From Verrucomicrobiota bacterium (GTDB taxonomy: Bacteria > Verrucomicrobiota > Verrucomicrobiia > Limisphaerales > AAA164-E04), in NCBI GenBank assembly GCA_047947115.1, contig CP170459.1, positions 4,928,001-4,992,000 on the forward strand: DNA of 64,000 nucleotides. Reading direction: 5' to 3'. A model generated the notes under the pieces. That model searched no databases. It was not told where the DNA came from and saw nothing but the letters and a program-made list of their open reading frames with translations. Positions within the stretch are counted from its first letter, which is position 1. Every line of letters starts with the position of its first letter. Made by a program: the position numbers and the translations under genes. Of the stretch, positions 62,895 through 64,000 are shown piece by piece.

Positions 62895-63920
62895 TTAGTT
62901 ACCCCCCAGCTTACGAGCCATTTCCAAAGCAAAATAAGTTAAAATCAAGTCCGCCCCCGCTCGTTTGATAGCCAATAATGATTCATCACGGGTTCGTTCC
63001 AGATCCAACCAGCCCTTCTGAGCAGCTGCGTGAATCTGGGCATATTCACCGGAAACCTGATAAGCAGCCAGAGGCAAATCCGACGCACGACGCAATTCAG
63101 CAATGATGTCCAGATAAGGCCCGGCGGGTTTAACCATCAACAAATCCGCTCCTTCTTCTTCATCCAAAAGAGCATCCCTGATCGCTTCCCGGGGATTTGC
63201 AGGGTTCAATTGATAGGTCCCTTTATCCAAATAAGCCTTTCCAGCAGCCGATTGACTCCCCACTGCATCTCTGAAAGGCCCGTAATAGGCTGAGTTAAAC
63301 TTCGCGCTATAAGCCAAAATACTCACATGAGACAGTCCGGCATCATCCAGTGTCGATCGAATCGCGCCCACCCGTCCATCCATCATGTCAGACGGAGCCA
63401 CCCAATCCGCCCCCGCCTCAGCCAACACTCTGGCCATCTGAGTGAGCATGTTCAAGGTGGCATCGTTGTCCACGTCGGTTTGGCTGGAATTAAGCACCCC
63501 GTCATGACCGTGACTCGTGAAAGGATCCAGAGCCACATCGGTGATCACCGCGATTTCGGGCACGGATTTCTTGAGGGCTTGGACAGCACGCGGCGTTAAC
63601 CCCCCCGGATCCACAGCTCCACTGCCAAAAGGATCTTTGATGTCAGGAGGATTGCATGGAAATAAAGCTACCGCCTGCACCCCTGCATCGATCAGTTTGC
63701 GGCATTCCTCAACAATACCGTCGATGGACAACCGAAACACTCCAGGCATGGAATCCACCGGTTCCGGTTCCGAAAGATTTTCTTTGACGAACAACGGCGC
63801 GATCAGGTTCTCGGGACGCAGATGCGTCTCCTGCACCATGGATCTCACGCGTGGATTACTGCGCAAACGACGCATTCGCACAGGTAAATCGTAATATGTC
63901 GATGAATGACTCTCTGACAT
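62895..63920 (-). CDS. hemB: Porphobilinogen synthase (ALAD)
   Basis: RMRRLR, SMPG, DVALDPFTSHGHDG, PSDMMDGR, YSAKF.S.YYGPFRDA, MVKP, AYQVSGEY. Confidence 0.97.
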   Translation of the reverse strand: MSESHSSTYYDLPVRMRRLRSNPRVRSMVQETHLRPENLIAPLFVKENLSEPEPVDSMPGVFRLSIDGIVEECRKLIDAGVQAVALFPCNPPDIKDPFGSGAVDPGGLTPRAVQALKKSVPEIAVITDVALDPFTSHGHDGVLNSSQTDVDNDATLNMLTQMARVLAEAGADWVAPSDMMDGRVGAIRSTLDDAGLSHVSILAYSAKFNSAYYGPFRDAVGSQSAAGKAYLDKGTYQLNPANPREAIRDALLDEEEGADLLMVKPAGPYLDIIAELRRASDLPLAAYQVSGEYAQIHAAAQKGWLDLERTRDESLLAIKRAGADLILTYFALEMARKLGGN

Positions 63921-64000
63921 GACCTTGAAAGAATGAGAAAATTTCTACCCGACTTATTCCATGCGCATCAAATCAACCCGTGCGCCGCCAGCACCGCTTT

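Overview
Gene-dense, roughly 50-55% GC (by eye) bacterial chromosomal segment. The gene content points to the PVC superphylum, most likely Verrucomicrobiota: planctomycete-type cytochrome c, a PSD1/DUF1553 + DUF1501 pair, a PVC-type beta-propeller dehydrogenase, a sulfatase, a BNR sialidase and a long IspG. Housekeeping genes include argS, glgC, glgB, queG, aroK, pabB, ispG, rseP, hemB, a coaB-like gene and a PTS IIA gene. I saw no rRNA, tRNA, CRISPR array, integrase or transposase. The main novelty candidate is a six-gene + strand operon at 43669-51149. It encodes two substrate-binding-protein/OmpA-like fusions, a membrane-anchored vWA protein, a 2-TM helical protein, a PspA/IM30 (ESCRT-III)-like protein and a lipoprotein SBP, with no ABC permease or ATPase. 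It is preceded by a sigma-54-type promoter and a perfect 16-bp palindrome, which suggests an undescribed envelope-stress or membrane-remodelling system. Other candidates are two intergenic structured-RNA candidates (25072-25325 + and about 27140-27350 -) that I cannot assign to a known family, a low-GC toxin-first RelE/HigB-XRE module with a promoter-embedded operator, and an FHA + RING/B-box-like zinc-finger protein. All calls come from motif reading by eye; no database searches were run.
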